The notes under the pieces were generated by a model. It was not told where the DNA came from and made no database searches. It saw only the letters and a list, made by a program, of their open reading frames with translations. A stretch of 64,000 nt of DNA from an uncultured delta proteobacterium (lineage in GTDB: Bacteria; Desulfobacterota; Binatia; HRBIN30; BPIQ01): positions 192,001 to 256,000 of the forward strand of contig CAVXGR010000011.1 of the NCBI GenBank assembly GCA_963761335.1, in the 5' to 3' direction. Position numbers and translations under genes: made by a program. Below, one piece after another: positions 21,156-30,609 of this stretch (positions are counted from its first letter, which is position 1; each line of letters begins with the position of its first letter).

Positions 21156-21221
21156 GAGGTGTTGGGTGTTGGGGCGGCGTGCTTGCCCTCAACACCCAAC
21201 AGCGCAACACCTCAACACCTC
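21156..21221. repeat. Short-period inverted repeat (GTGTTGG / CAACACC units), possible bidirectional terminator
   Basis: TGTTGGGTGTTGGGGC pairs with GCCCTCAACACCCAACA, followed by CAACACCT x2; lies between convergent leuD and the alkaline phosphatase. Confidence 0.6.
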
Positions 21222-21224
21222 GCC

Positions 21225-22595
21225 TCACAATCCCAGAGCCCGCCGCATCAGGTCATAGATCTGCGTGTCGTCGATGAAGCCGTGGAGGCGCGCCGCGCCG
21301 GGGCCGCGGGCGGCGACGAAGACGTCCTCGCCGGCATGGGTCGAGGATTCGAGCGGCACCAGCGCCGGGCGGTCGGCCGTCGGCGGGCGGGGGTGCAGGG
21401 CCCCCGGGCCGTTGGCGAACGACAGCACCGGATAGGGCTTGTCATTGAGGTCGAGGCCGCCGGCGCCGAGCAGGTTGCGGCGGGTCTCCGCGGCGTTCTC
21501 GCCGCCGCTCTCGCCGTCGCGGCCGATCGCCGGATAGCCGCTGATGGTCAGCGGGTGCGAGTGATCGGCGGTGACGATCACCAGCGTCTCGGCGGGGTTG
21601 GTGAGCTCGAGGGCCCGGGCGACGGCGTCGTCAAAGGCGGCGGTCTCCGAGAGCGCCAGCTCGACGTTGTTCATGTGCAGGCCGTGATCGATGCGCCCGC
21701 CCTCGACCATGAGGAAGTAGCCGAGCGGATTGCGCGCCAGCACCCGGATGGCCTTCTCGGTCATCTCCGCCAGGCTCGGCTCGCCGCCCGCGTCGCCGGC
21801 GCGCTCGCTCTCGAAGTGCATGTGCGAGGGCTCGAAGAGGCCGAGGAGCCGCTCCGTGGCGGCCGCATCGACAGCCGCGAACTGGCTCTCGTTCCACACC
21901 ACGACGTAGCCGCGCTGCCGCATTGCCGCGAGCAGATCGCGGCCGTCGGCGCGGCCGCCGTGCTGCGCCGGATACTCCGGGTCGGCGGCGCTCGCCGGCA
22001 GGAACATGGCGCGGCCACCGCCGAGGATCACCTCGGGCGGTGGGTTTCCGAAGCGCGGCTCCAGCAGCTGGGCGGCGATGTCCTGCTCCAGGTCGCGGTG
22101 GTGCACGTGCGCGTAGCACGCCGCCGGGGTGGCGTGGGTGACGCGCGTCGTGGTCACCACACCGGTCGCCCAGCCGCGCTCCGCCGCCCGCTCGGCGAGC
22201 GTCTCGACGGGCGTCCCTTCGCGCCCGCTCGCCGGATCCGCAGCACTCCCCGGAAATGCGTCCGGCCCCTCGCCGAGCACGCCGTTGCGGGTCTTCACTC
22301 CGCTCATCATGGCGGTGGCCGCAGCCGCCGAGTCGGTGACGATGTTGTCGAAGCTGTGGGTCGCGGCCAAGGCCGTGTACGGCAGCGAGTCGATGCGCAG
22401 TCGCCCGGTGGCGCCGACCTTCCACAGGCGCGCCGCCGTATAGGTGTTGACGCCCAAGCCGTCGCCGATGAAGAGCACGACGTTGCGGGGATGATCCCTC
22501 GATCTCGGAGCCGTCCCGGCGACGACGGCGCAGCTGCTGAGCAGCGCCGCGGCGGCGCCGGCGGCGATCAGGCGAGCAGCGACCAGAAGAACCAC
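21225..22595 (-). CDS. phoA: Alkaline phosphatase, probable lipoprotein
   Basis: NVVLFIGDG, catalytic TDSAAAATA, THATPA, VEGGRIDHGLH, TADHSH, THAGEDV; LLSSC lipobox-like. Start approximate. Confidence 0.92.
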   Translation of the reverse strand: MVLLVAARLIAAGAAAALLSSCAVVAGTAPRSRDHPRNVVLFIGDGLGVNTYTAARLWKVGATGRLRIDSLPYTALAATHSFDNIVTDSAAAATAMMSGVKTRNGVLGEGPDAFPGSAADPASGREGTPVETLAERAAERGWATGVVTTTRVTHATPAACYAHVHHRDLEQDIAAQLLEPRFGNPPPEVILGGGRAMFLPASAADPEYPAQHGGRADGRDLLAAMRQRGYVVVWNESQFAAVDAAATERLLGLFEPSHMHFESERAGDAGGEPSLAEMTEKAIRVLARNPLGYFLMVEGGRIDHGLHMNNVELALSETAAFDDAVARALELTNPAETLVIVTADHSHPLTISGYPAIGRDGESGGENAAETRRNLLGAGGLDLNDKPYPVLSFANGPGALHPRPPTADRPALVPLESSTHAGEDVFVAARGPGAARLHGFIDDTQIYDLMRRALGL

Positions 22596-22828
22596 ATGGC
22601 GTAGGCGAAGGCGCCGACGAGCAGCAGCGGACCGGTGGCCTGAGCAAACGCCGGCCGGCCCGGACGCCGGGCGCGCACCACCAGCCGCGGCGGCTCCGGA
22701 TTCACTGCGACGACCTGCCAACGCCCCAGCTCCGCGGCTCGAAGCTGCTCTTCCAATCGCTGCTGCGCCTGCTTGCGATCCGCGCCGGCGGCGTCGAACA
22801 GACGGATCGTGGCCTGATATCGCGGCAC
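22568..22828 (-). CDS. Small hypothetical membrane protein
   Basis: 86-aa ORF with one C-terminal hydrophobic helix (PLLLVGAFAYAMWFFWSLLA), co-oriented with the phosphatase. Confidence 0.55.
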   Translation of the reverse strand: MPRYQATIRLFDAAGADRKQAQQRLEEQLRAAELGRWQVVAVNPEPPRLVVRARRPGRPAFAQATGPLLLVGAFAYAMWFFWSLLA

Positions 22829-23042
22829 CGCTCAGCTCCCCAGCGCGTCGCCGAGCCACCTCCGTGGCCGCTCGAGAACCTTCGTCGAACCAGACAGACA
22901 CTTCACCTCTGCCATCAACCTCCCCCCGAAGGAATCCGCGCTTTTCGTAGTATGCCCGCGCCGGCCTTGCAAGCGCGCGCGCCGGCCGGCTTGAGCAAAC
23001 GGCGGCTTCACTGCATGATGCGGCGGAGCGGAAGAGAGGACA

Positions 23043-23948
23043 ATGCGCATCCTGGAACGGATCCTGATCGCCACCGATTTCTCCCCGAACGCCGAGCGCG
23101 CCTGCCGCGTCGGAGCCGATCTGGCACGCCGCTACGAGGCGCGGGTCCGCGTGCTGTCGGTGATCGAGCTGCCGCACGTCTACCAGAGAATCGTCAACCC
23201 GGTGCAGACGAGCCTGGTATCGATCGACGACCTCGAGCAAAGGGCCGCCGCCCACATGCAGGAGCTCGCCGGCGGGCCGATCTTCTCAGGCCTCGGCGTC
23301 GACACCGAGGTGCGCACCGGCAGCCCGTTCCTCGAGATCATCTCGGCGGCGGAGGGCGGCAGCTGTGAGCTGATCGTGGTCGGCACCAAGTCGACGCACG
23401 GTGCGGCGCGCCTTCTCCTCGGCAGCACCGCGGAGAAGGTCGTGCGCAAAGCGCCGCTGCCGGTGTTGGTGGCGAAAACGGAGCTCCCCGCCGAGCCGAG
23501 CGTCATCATCGTACCGATCGACTTCTCTCCCAACACCAAGCGGGCAGCCGAGGAGGCGGTGGCACTGGCGCGCCGCTGGAAGGCGCGGGTAGAGTTCGTC
23601 CACGTCATCGAGCCGATCACCCAGACTTATGTCTGGCCGGCCGAGCCAGCCGCCATTCCGATGTTTCCCGTGGAGCCCGCCGACCTCGACGGCGAGTGGG
23701 ATCACTTCCTGTCGGATCTCGATCTCGACGGGATCGGCACCTCGAAGCTCACGCTGAAGGGGCGCGCTCCGGAAACGATCGTCGAAACCGCGGCCGCCAA
23801 GCGCGCCGATCTGATCATCATCGGCACCCACGGCTACGGCGGGCTGATGCACATCCTCCTCGGCAGTGTCGCGGAGCACGTCGTGCGCGAGGCGCCGTGC
23901 TGCGTTCTGACAATCCGCCCCGAGGCATTTCAGTTCGCACTTCCCTAG
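23043..23948 (+). CDS. Universal stress protein with tandem USP domains
   Basis: ILIATDFS...LIVVG...LLGSTAEKVVRKAP and IIVPIDFS...DLIIIGTHG...LLGSVAEHVVREAPC; RBS GAGGA. Confidence 0.95.
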   Translation: MRILERILIATDFSPNAERACRVGADLARRYEARVRVLSVIELPHVYQRIVNPVQTSLVSIDDLEQRAAAHMQELAGGPIFSGLGVDTEVRTGSPFLEIISAAEGGSCELIVVGTKSTHGAARLLLGSTAEKVVRKAPLPVLVAKTELPAEPSVIIVPIDFSPNTKRAAEEAVALARRWKARVEFVHVIEPITQTYVWPAEPAAIPMFPVEPADLDGEWDHFLSDLDLDGIGTSKLTLKGRAPETIVETAAAKRADLIIIGTHGYGGLMHILLGSVAEHVVREAPCCVLTIRPEAFQFALP

Positions 23949-23957
23949 AAAAGCGAA

Positions 23958-23979
23958 CGGCGGCCATCTCTGGCCGCCG
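23958..23979. terminator. GC-rich hairpin between convergent genes
   Basis: CGGCGGCCA-TCTC-TGGCCGCCG perfect 9-bp stem just after the USP stop. Confidence 0.5.
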
Positions 23980-24030
23980 CGCCACTCTATTGCAATCTTG
24001 CCAGCCGGAGGAGCCGGCAAGGTGGTCTGT

Positions 24031-24243
24031 CTACGCCTGGCCCTCTTCGGAAACGTTCAGATTAACGAGGGCAAAAAATAGCTCATCCAGCGACTGATAA
24101 CGAAACTGAGACGCCGCGCTGGGAGAAAAATCGTCCGCGTCCATGCTCCATCCTACTGATTCGTCGCCGTAAACAGGAAAGACCTCCAATCCAACCTTCA
24201 ACAACGTGGTGGTCACTGCGGGGCGCGCTTGGGCGTTCATCAT
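24031..24243 (-). CDS. Small acidic hypothetical protein
   Basis: RBS AAGGGGGA before ATG; 70-aa ORF; sigma-54-like promoter upstream. Confidence 0.55.
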   Translation of the reverse strand: MMNAQARPAVTTTLLKVGLEVFPVYGDESVGWSMDADDFSPSAASQFRYQSLDELFFALVNLNVSEEGQA

Positions 24244-24286
24244 CAGTAATCCCCCTTTCATTGAAGTTCCGTTGCTTGTCACACGG

Positions 24287-24302
24287 AGCAGAATGCATGC
24301 CA
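24287..24302 (-). promoter_or_regulatory. Candidate sigma-54 promoter
   Basis: Minus strand TGGCATGCATTCTGCT (GG-N10-GC), about 45 bp upstream of the small ORF. Confidence 0.55.
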
Positions 24303-24414
24303 GAGGGGACCTTTAATCTTCCGAAACCGGCCAAGGGAGCCTCGCCGCGAGGCTGACGCTAGTGAGCGTCACTATTCTAAGAAACGCGGTCGGAATGACA
24401 ACCGACGCGCCGCC

Positions 24415-25491
24415 TCAGTGGAGGTACTCTTGGAGGCCGCTCTGGCTGCAGATTTCGCGCATCTGCTGCATAGCTCGCGCTTCCAGCTGGCGGATGCGCT
24501 CGCGGCTGACGCCATAGCGCTGGCCGATCTCCTCGAGGGTGAGCGAGCGGTTGCTCACCAGCCCAAAGCGCAGCCGCAGGATCTCGCTCTCCCGCGGTGG
24601 CAGGGCCGCCAATGCCGCGTCGACGCGCACGCCGAGATCGCGGCTCTCGCTGATGACGGCGGGATCGGCGGCGGGATCGCCCGGAATGCGGCTCGCCAGA
24701 GGCCCCTCGCCGTCGGGGCCGATGGGACCTTCGAGGGGAACGCAGGGCACCCCCTGCTCCATGGCGCGGGCGTACTCCGCCGGCACGCCGCACTCCGCCG
24801 CCAGCCGCTGCAGATCGCTGTCGTTGGGTCGGATGTCGCCGGAGAGAGAGCGCTTGGTCTTGCGGCGAAACTGATTCCAGTGCACCGGCGTGCGAATGAC
24901 GTTTCCGAGGTTGTCGGCAGCGCGCGCCAGCTGCTGCCAAATCCACCACACCGCGTAGGTGCTGAACTTGATCCCGCGTTGCGGCTCATAGCGCTCCACG
25001 GCGCGGATCAACCCGAGCGTCCCCTCCTGGATCAGGTCGAGCTGCGAGAGGCTCGGGTGGCGATAGCGGCGCGCCAGGCTCACGACCAGTCGCAGGTTGG
25101 CGGCGATCATCGCGTCGCGCAGCCGGCGGTACTCTTCCAGCTGGCGCGCCAGCTGGGCGGCCAGGCGGCGCATCGCCGCGCGCCTGCCCGCGGCGGCCTG
25201 GCGCTCGATGTGGGCGAGAATGCGCACCGCCTCGCGCTCGCGAAAACCGACCGCGGGATCGACGACGCCCTTGCCGCCGCCGCCGAGGGCGGCGCGGACG
25301 AGATCGGGATGCTGCCGCAGAAGCTCGAGAATGGCGTTTCGACTCTGCGCCACCCGGGTCGCAAGGGCCTCTTCGTCTTCTCGGCTGAGTGTCTTTGCCG
25401 CGCCGACCTCGTGGTAGAACTTGCGCAGCAAGTCTTTCTCCGCGGGCAGATCCTCTGCCCGCGGAGACGTGTCTGCTTCCGTTTGCTCCAT
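24415..25491 (-). CDS. RpoD/RpoS-family alternative sigma-70 factor lacking region 1.1
   Basis: Region 2 ANLRLVVSLARRY...DLIQEGTLGLIRAVERY...KFSTYAVWWI; region 4 LTLEEIGQRYGVSRERIRQLE; RBS GGAGGGG. Confidence 0.93.
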   Translation of the reverse strand: MEQTEADTSPRAEDLPAEKDLLRKFYHEVGAAKTLSREDEEALATRVAQSRNAILELLRQHPDLVRAALGGGGKGVVDPAVGFREREAVRILAHIERQAAAGRRAAMRRLAAQLARQLEEYRRLRDAMIAANLRLVVSLARRYRHPSLSQLDLIQEGTLGLIRAVERYEPQRGIKFSTYAVWWIWQQLARAADNLGNVIRTPVHWNQFRRKTKRSLSGDIRPNDSDLQRLAAECGVPAEYARAMEQGVPCVPLEGPIGPDGEGPLASRIPGDPAADPAVISESRDLGVRVDAALAALPPRESEILRLRFGLVSNRSLTLEEIGQRYGVSRERIRQLEARAMQQMREICSQSGLQEYLH

Positions 25492-25627
25492 TCCACCCCT
25501 CCGCTCGAGGAAATCGTTGAAGCAAAGGACGCCGCCAATTGCCGCAAATTCAACGCGGCGTGCGCAGGGGTGCCAGAAAGTTCGGAAAGGCGTCGATCCG
25601 CCGCCCGGCGGCGGGGTGAGGCGAAGC

Positions 25628-26734
25628 TCAGGCGGCGGCGGCAACCGACGAGGCAGCGCGGCGCTGCGCAGCGCCGGCGGCATCAATGTCGCCGAGCAGC
25701 GTGTAGGCCTGCGCCAGGGTGCGCCAGATCGCCGCGTCCTGCGGCTGTTGCCGCGCCGCTTCGCGCAGGTGCGCCACCGCGGGCTCGGCGTAGCCTCCGC
25801 GCAGCAGAGCGCGTCCCAGCCGCCAGCGCGGCTCCCAGGCCATCGGCTCCGCCTCGATCGCCGACAGCAGCTCAGCGAAGTCGATCTCCTCGAACACCTC
25901 CGCCGGCGCCTGTGCCGAGCACTTGCGGTAGAGGAGCACCCCGGGAGCCACGTGGCGGTCGAGCGGCGAGAAGACCTGCAGGTCGTGCTCTCCCGGCCCG
26001 ACCAGCAGAAAGCCGCCGCTGCGCAGGCGGCGCAGCAGCCGCGTCCCCAGCCGGCTGGCGGCATCGGCGCACAGGCGCGAGAGCAGGCCGCGGCAGATCA
26101 CCATGTGAAAGTTGCTCTTCAGCGGACCGGCATCCTGCCCGGGGACGAGGCTGCGCGTCTCGAAGCGCACCCGCGCCCGCAGCGCCGGGAGCACCTGCCA
26201 GCAGCGGTCCAGATGGCGGAAGTGGCGCTCGCGATTGTCGTCGGGCGCGTTGCGCAGCGCCGAATCGGTCAGCAAACCCGTGCGCCCGACCTCGGCGAAG
26301 AACGGGTCGGAGTGCGTGGCCACGATGTCCAGGCGCTTGCGCGGCGCCGCCAGAGCCATGCAGGAGGCGACGGCAAAGACGTCGGCGGGGTCAGCCGCCT
26401 CGGCGACCCAGCAGGAGAGGACGCCGTCCTCGCGGGCGGCGTTGCTCAGCTCTGCGGCGGCGGCGGCCAGCTCCTGCCAGTCGTCCAGTCGGGCTCCGGT
26501 CTCCGGCCGCAGGGCGCGCTCGAACTCCAGCCACAGGCCGGTCTCGGAGCTCTTCGCGAGAACTCCGAGGAGAACCGCGGGATCGATGCGCAGACGCTGT
26601 GCAACAGCGTCGATGGCAGCATCCAGATGGTCGGGGCAGGAGCAGAGCCAAGCCGTCTTCTGCCCCACTCGCTTGCGCAAGCGGTCTTCCCAGGTAGCGA
26701 TCGCCGATCTACTCACTTTTGCGTCATCCTTCAC
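25628..26734 (-). CDS. CheR-like methyltransferase fold + C-terminal TPR (degenerate catalytic motifs)
   Basis: CheR-pattern WQVLPALRARVRF...FHMVICRGLL...LRSGGFLLVGPGE; TPR RLGRALL...AVAHLREAARQQPQDAAIWRTLAQAY. Confidence 0.75.
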   Translation of the reverse strand: MKDDAKVSRSAIATWEDRLRKRVGQKTAWLCSCPDHLDAAIDAVAQRLRIDPAVLLGVLAKSSETGLWLEFERALRPETGARLDDWQELAAAAAELSNAAREDGVLSCWVAEAADPADVFAVASCMALAAPRKRLDIVATHSDPFFAEVGRTGLLTDSALRNAPDDNRERHFRHLDRCWQVLPALRARVRFETRSLVPGQDAGPLKSNFHMVICRGLLSRLCADAASRLGTRLLRRLRSGGFLLVGPGEHDLQVFSPLDRHVAPGVLLYRKCSAQAPAEVFEEIDFAELLSAIEAEPMAWEPRWRLGRALLRGGYAEPAVAHLREAARQQPQDAAIWRTLAQAYTLLGDIDAAGAAQRRAASSVAAAA

Positions 26735-26745
26735 CGATGCGCATC

Positions 26746-26761
26746 ACCAAGCCGCGTGCCA
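26746..26761 (-). promoter_or_regulatory. Candidate sigma-54 promoter (non-canonical -12)
   Basis: Minus strand TGGCACGCGGCTTGGT: consensus -24 box, GG instead of GC at -12. Confidence 0.4.
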
Positions 26762-26961
26762 ACCAAGAAAGACGTGACCCTCCGACAGAATGCGTGCAGG
26801 TGCGGTCCGCGAGGAGGCCTGCAGGCGTCATTAAAATGCGCGAAGTGGCGGCACCGCGCGGTGCCGCAAGGTGAGTCGACAGGCAGATGCCCAGTCGCGC
26901 GCTTCGACGTTCGTTGGCAGCCGATTCAAATCGCCGCCGCTTTCCGATAAGGTGCGCCGTC

Positions 26962-28338
26962 ATGCCGCAGATGCGCCACAAAGCCTGGAGCGGCCGCCTC
27001 GGAGCGGCGACGCACCCGCTGGTCGAGGCCTTCACCACCTCGCTTCCGGTTGACCGCCGACTCTACGCCTACGACATCGACGGCAGTATCGCCCACTGTC
27101 AGATGTTGGCGAGACAGAGAATCATCTCCAGCCGCGAGGCGGCGCGTATCGTCAACGGCTTGCGGCAGATTCGCACCGAGATCGACCGCGGAAAGTTCCG
27201 CTGGCTGCCGAGCGACGAGGACATCCACATGGCGGTGGAGCGTCGCCTGATGGAGAAGATCGGCGGGCTCGGCGGCAAGCTGCACACGGCACGCAGCCGC
27301 AACGACCAGGTTGCCCTAGACATTCGCATGTATCTGCGCGACCAGATCGACGCCCTGCGGGAGGACATCCGCGCCCTGCAGCGCGCCCTGGGTCAGCTGG
27401 CGCGCCGGCACGCCGCGGCGATCATGCCGGGCTACACCCATCTGCAGCCGGCGCAGCCGATCCTCTTCGCGCATCATCTGCTCGCCTACGTCGACATGCT
27501 GGAGCGCGACTCCGGGCGCCTGCGCGACTGCCGGCGGCGAGTCGACGTCCTGCCGCTCGGCGCCGGGGCGCTGGCCGGCACCACCTTCCCGATCGATCCG
27601 AAGTTCGTCGCCCGGCAGCTCGGCTTCCGCCGCATCGCCGACAACAGCCTCGACGCCGTCGCCAGCCGCGACGTGGCGGTGGAGTTTCTCGCCGGCCTCG
27701 CCATTGCCGGCATGCACCTCAGCCGCCTGGGCGAGGAGCTGGTCCTGTGGTCGTCACAGGAGTTCGGCTTCGTCACCCTCCCCGACGCCTTCGCCACCGG
27801 CAGCTCGATGATGCCGCAGAAGAAGAACCCCGACGTCGCCGAGCTGGTGCGCGGTCGCAGCGGCCGCCTGTACGGCAACCTGATCGGTCTGCTCACCGTG
27901 CTCAAGGGTCTGCCGCTCGCCTACAACCGCGATCTGCAGGAGGACAAGCAGCCGCTCTTCGACAGCGTCGACGTGTTGCGCGCCTCGCTCGCGGTGCTTG
28001 CCGCCATGCTGCCGCACCTGACGGTGAACTCCGGCCGCATGCGCACCGCCTCCGAGGCCGGCTTCACTCTGGCCACCGACCTGGCCGACTATCTCGTCGG
28101 CCGCGGCCTGCCGTTTCGCCAGGCACACGAGGTCGTGGGCCAGGTGGTGCGGCACTGTCTCGAGTCCGGGCGCACCTTGCAGGAGCTGAGCCTCGACGAG
28201 CTGCGCTCCTTCTCGCCGAAGTTCGAGGCGCGCGTGCGCAACTGGCTGGCGCCGGAAGCCGCGGTGGCGCGGCGCCGCGCCGGGGGCGGCACGGCCCCCC
28301 GCAACGTCATGCGGCGCCTGCGCGCCCTGGGCGTATGA
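26962..28338 (+). CDS. argH: Argininosuccinate lyase
   Basis: WSGR, EDIHM, KLHTARSRNDQ, PGYTHLQPAQ, TGSSMMPQKKNPD, PFRQAH. Confidence 0.98.
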   Translation: MPQMRHKAWSGRLGAATHPLVEAFTTSLPVDRRLYAYDIDGSIAHCQMLARQRIISSREAARIVNGLRQIRTEIDRGKFRWLPSDEDIHMAVERRLMEKIGGLGGKLHTARSRNDQVALDIRMYLRDQIDALREDIRALQRALGQLARRHAAAIMPGYTHLQPAQPILFAHHLLAYVDMLERDSGRLRDCRRRVDVLPLGAGALAGTTFPIDPKFVARQLGFRRIADNSLDAVASRDVAVEFLAGLAIAGMHLSRLGEELVLWSSQEFGFVTLPDAFATGSSMMPQKKNPDVAELVRGRSGRLYGNLIGLLTVLKGLPLAYNRDLQEDKQPLFDSVDVLRASLAVLAAMLPHLTVNSGRMRTASEAGFTLATDLADYLVGRGLPFRQAHEVVGQVVRHCLESGRTLQELSLDELRSFSPKFEARVRNWLAPEAAVARRRAGGGTAPRNVMRRLRALGV

Positions 28339-28862
28339 GGCGCATGAGACGGGGTGCGCTCAGGGCAGCGGCGGCGATGCTGGCGGCCGCCGGCTCCTTG
28401 GCTGCCGCCGGAGCGCTCCCGGGCTGCGGCCGCAAGGGCGCGGTGAAGCCGCCGCAGCTCGTCGTCCCGGCGCCCATCGAGGACCTCGCCGCCGGCAACC
28501 AGGTGGAAGGCGTCGCCCTCACCTGGAGCCGGCCGACCGACTACGCCGACGGCACGCGCATGAACGACCTCGGCGGCTTCACGGTGCAGCGCGCTGCCGG
28601 TGGGACGACCTCGTTCTCGACGATCGCCACCCTGCCGGTGACCGACCGCGAGCGCTTCCGCCAGGTGAAGCGATTCCGCACCGCGGACGCCGCCGTCGAT
28701 GCGGGAGTGACCTACCGCTACCGGGTTGTCTCCTTCACCGTCGACGGCTACGCTAGCGCTCCGTCGAACATCGCTTCCGTCACGCGTCAGGTGCCGGCAC
28801 CGACGCCCGGCGCGGCGGAGGGCGGCGCAACCGGGAACGAACCTCCGAGACCAACGCCATGA
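28335..28862 (+). CDS. Lipoprotein with fibronectin type III-like domain
   Basis: Signal peptide with lipobox LPGC followed by GRKG..PP, then VALTWSRP...TYRYRVVS; overlaps the argH stop and dapF start. Confidence 0.8.
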   Translation: MRRMRRGALRAAAAMLAAAGSLAAAGALPGCGRKGAVKPPQLVVPAPIEDLAAGNQVEGVALTWSRPTDYADGTRMNDLGGFTVQRAAGGTTSFSTIATLPVTDRERFRQVKRFRTADAAVDAGVTYRYRVVSFTVDGYASAPSNIASVTRQVPAPTPGAAEGGATGNEPPRPTP

Positions 28863-29698
28863 GCCAGATCCGCTTCACCAAGATGCACGGCATCGGCAAC
28901 GACTACGTCTACGTCGACTGCCTCCAGCAGCGACCTGCCGATCCCGCCGCCCTGGCGCAGCGCCTCAGCCCGCGGCGCACCGGCATCGGCGCCGACGGCC
29001 TGATCCTCATCTGCCCGTCGACTCTCGCCGACTGCCGCATGGAGATGTACAACGCCGACGGCAGCCGCGGCGAGATGTGCGGCAACGGCATCCGCTGCGT
29101 CGGCAAGTATGCCTTCGAGCACGGCCTGAGCCGCGCCAACCCGATGCGCGTCGAGACCGACGCCGGCATCAAGACTCTGGCCCTCGACATCGCGGACGGG
29201 TCGGTCCGCCGCGTCACCGTGGACATGGGAGAGCCGATTCTCGACGGCCCGGCGATCCCGGTCGCCGCCGAGGGCCGGGTGATCGATTGGCCGTTCGAGA
29301 TCCTCGGCCAAGCCTACCGCATCACCTGCGTGTCCATGGGAAACCCGCACTGCGTCGTCTTCGTCGACTCGGTGGCCGCTCTCGACCTGCCCCGCCTCGG
29401 CCCGGCCTTCGAGCGACACGCGTTCTTCCCGCAGCGCGTCAATACCGAGTTCGTCGAGGTGCAGAGCCCCACCGAGCTGCGCATGCGCGTCTGGGAGAGA
29501 GGCTCCGGCGAGACGGCGGCGTGCGGCACCGGAGCCTGTGCCGTGGTCGTGGCGGCGGTGCTCAACGACAGGTCCGCCCGCCGCGCCCAGGTGCACCTCA
29601 ACGGCGGCGATCTCGACATCGAGTGGCGCGCCGCGGACGGCCACGTGCTCATGACCGGACCCGCCGAGGAGGTCTTTCACGGCGAGCTCGCCGAGTGA
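28859..29698 (+). CDS. dapF: Diaminopimelate epimerase
   Basis: FTKMHGIGNDY, NADGSRGEMCGNG, SMGNPH, VWERGSGETAACGTG. Confidence 0.98.
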   Translation: MSQIRFTKMHGIGNDYVYVDCLQQRPADPAALAQRLSPRRTGIGADGLILICPSTLADCRMEMYNADGSRGEMCGNGIRCVGKYAFEHGLSRANPMRVETDAGIKTLALDIADGSVRRVTVDMGEPILDGPAIPVAAEGRVIDWPFEILGQAYRITCVSMGNPHCVVFVDSVAALDLPRLGPAFERHAFFPQRVNTEFVEVQSPTELRMRVWERGSGETAACGTGACAVVVAAVLNDRSARRAQVHLNGGDLDIEWRAADGHVLMTGPAEEVFHGELAE

Positions 29699-29723
29699 CG
29701 GCGCAGAACAGTCGAGGAGACAG

Positions 29724-30608
29724 ATGCCCCTAGACATCGAAGGTGTAATCCCGGCGCTGATCACGCCCTTCCGCAGCGGCGCCATCGACACCGAGGCGCT
29801 CGGCAGATTGGTGGACTTCTGCGTCGACAACGGCGCCGGTGCCGTCGCCCCCTGCGGCAGCACCGGAGAGTCGGCGACCCTGACGCACGCGGAGCACGCC
29901 GAGGTCGTGCGCCTGGTGGTGAAGATGGTGCGCGGCCGCGTGCCGGTGATCGCCGGCACCGGCTCGAACTCCACCGCCGAGGCGATCACTCTGACCAGAG
30001 CCGCCAAGGAGGCCGGCGCCGACGCCGCCCTGCTGATCTCTCCCTACTACAATAGGCCGACCCAGGAGGGGATCTATCGGCACTACGAAGCGATCGCCCG
30101 GGCGACGTCCTTCCCGCTCATCGTCTACAACATCCCCGGCCGCACGGCGTCGAAGATCGAGGCCAGCACCATCGCCCGGCTGGCGGAGATCGAGTGGATC
30201 ATCGGCCTCAAGGAGGCCACCGGGTCTCTCGACGAGGTCCAGGAGGTGGCGCGTCTGTGCGGCGATCGCCTGGCGATCTACTCCGGAGACGATTCACTGA
30301 CTCTGCCGATCATGGCGGTCGGCGGCCGCGGGGTGATCTCGGTGAGCGCCAACATCATTCCCGGGGAATGCGCCGAGATGGCCGCCGCGGCGCGCCGCGG
30401 CGAGTGGGTCCGGGCGCGGGAGCTGCACTTCCGCATGCTGCCGCTGATCCGCGCCCTGTTCCTCGAGACCAATCCGATTCCGGTGAAGGCGGCGCTGGCG
30501 GCGATGGGCTTCTGCGGCGACGAGCTGCGCCTGCCGCTGCTGCCGATGTCGCCCGGGCCGCGCCAGCAGCTGCTCGAAGTCATGAGGTCCTTCGGCCTGA
30601 TCCGCTGA
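29724..30608 (+). CDS. dapA: 4-hydroxy-tetrahydrodipicolinate synthase
   Basis: ALITPF, CGSTGES, PYYNRP, YNIPGRT, GLKEATG, ETNPIPVK. Confidence 0.98.
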   Translation: MPLDIEGVIPALITPFRSGAIDTEALGRLVDFCVDNGAGAVAPCGSTGESATLTHAEHAEVVRLVVKMVRGRVPVIAGTGSNSTAEAITLTRAAKEAGADAALLISPYYNRPTQEGIYRHYEAIARATSFPLIVYNIPGRTASKIEASTIARLAEIEWIIGLKEATGSLDEVQEVARLCGDRLAIYSGDDSLTLPIMAVGGRGVISVSANIIPGECAEMAAAARRGEWVRARELHFRMLPLIRALFLETNPIPVKAALAAMGFCGDELRLPLLPMSPGPRQQLLEVMRSFGLIR

Positions 30609-30609
30609 G

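Noticed and set aside
22832..23074. 80-aa minus-strand ORF between the small membrane gene and the USP gene
   Set aside because: Overlaps the USP start and its likely promoter region; no motif support.
25500..25580. Sigma-54 promoter directly upstream of the alternative sigma gene
   Set aside because: Candidate TGGC...GC boxes have 9 or 11 bp spacing rather than the required 10.
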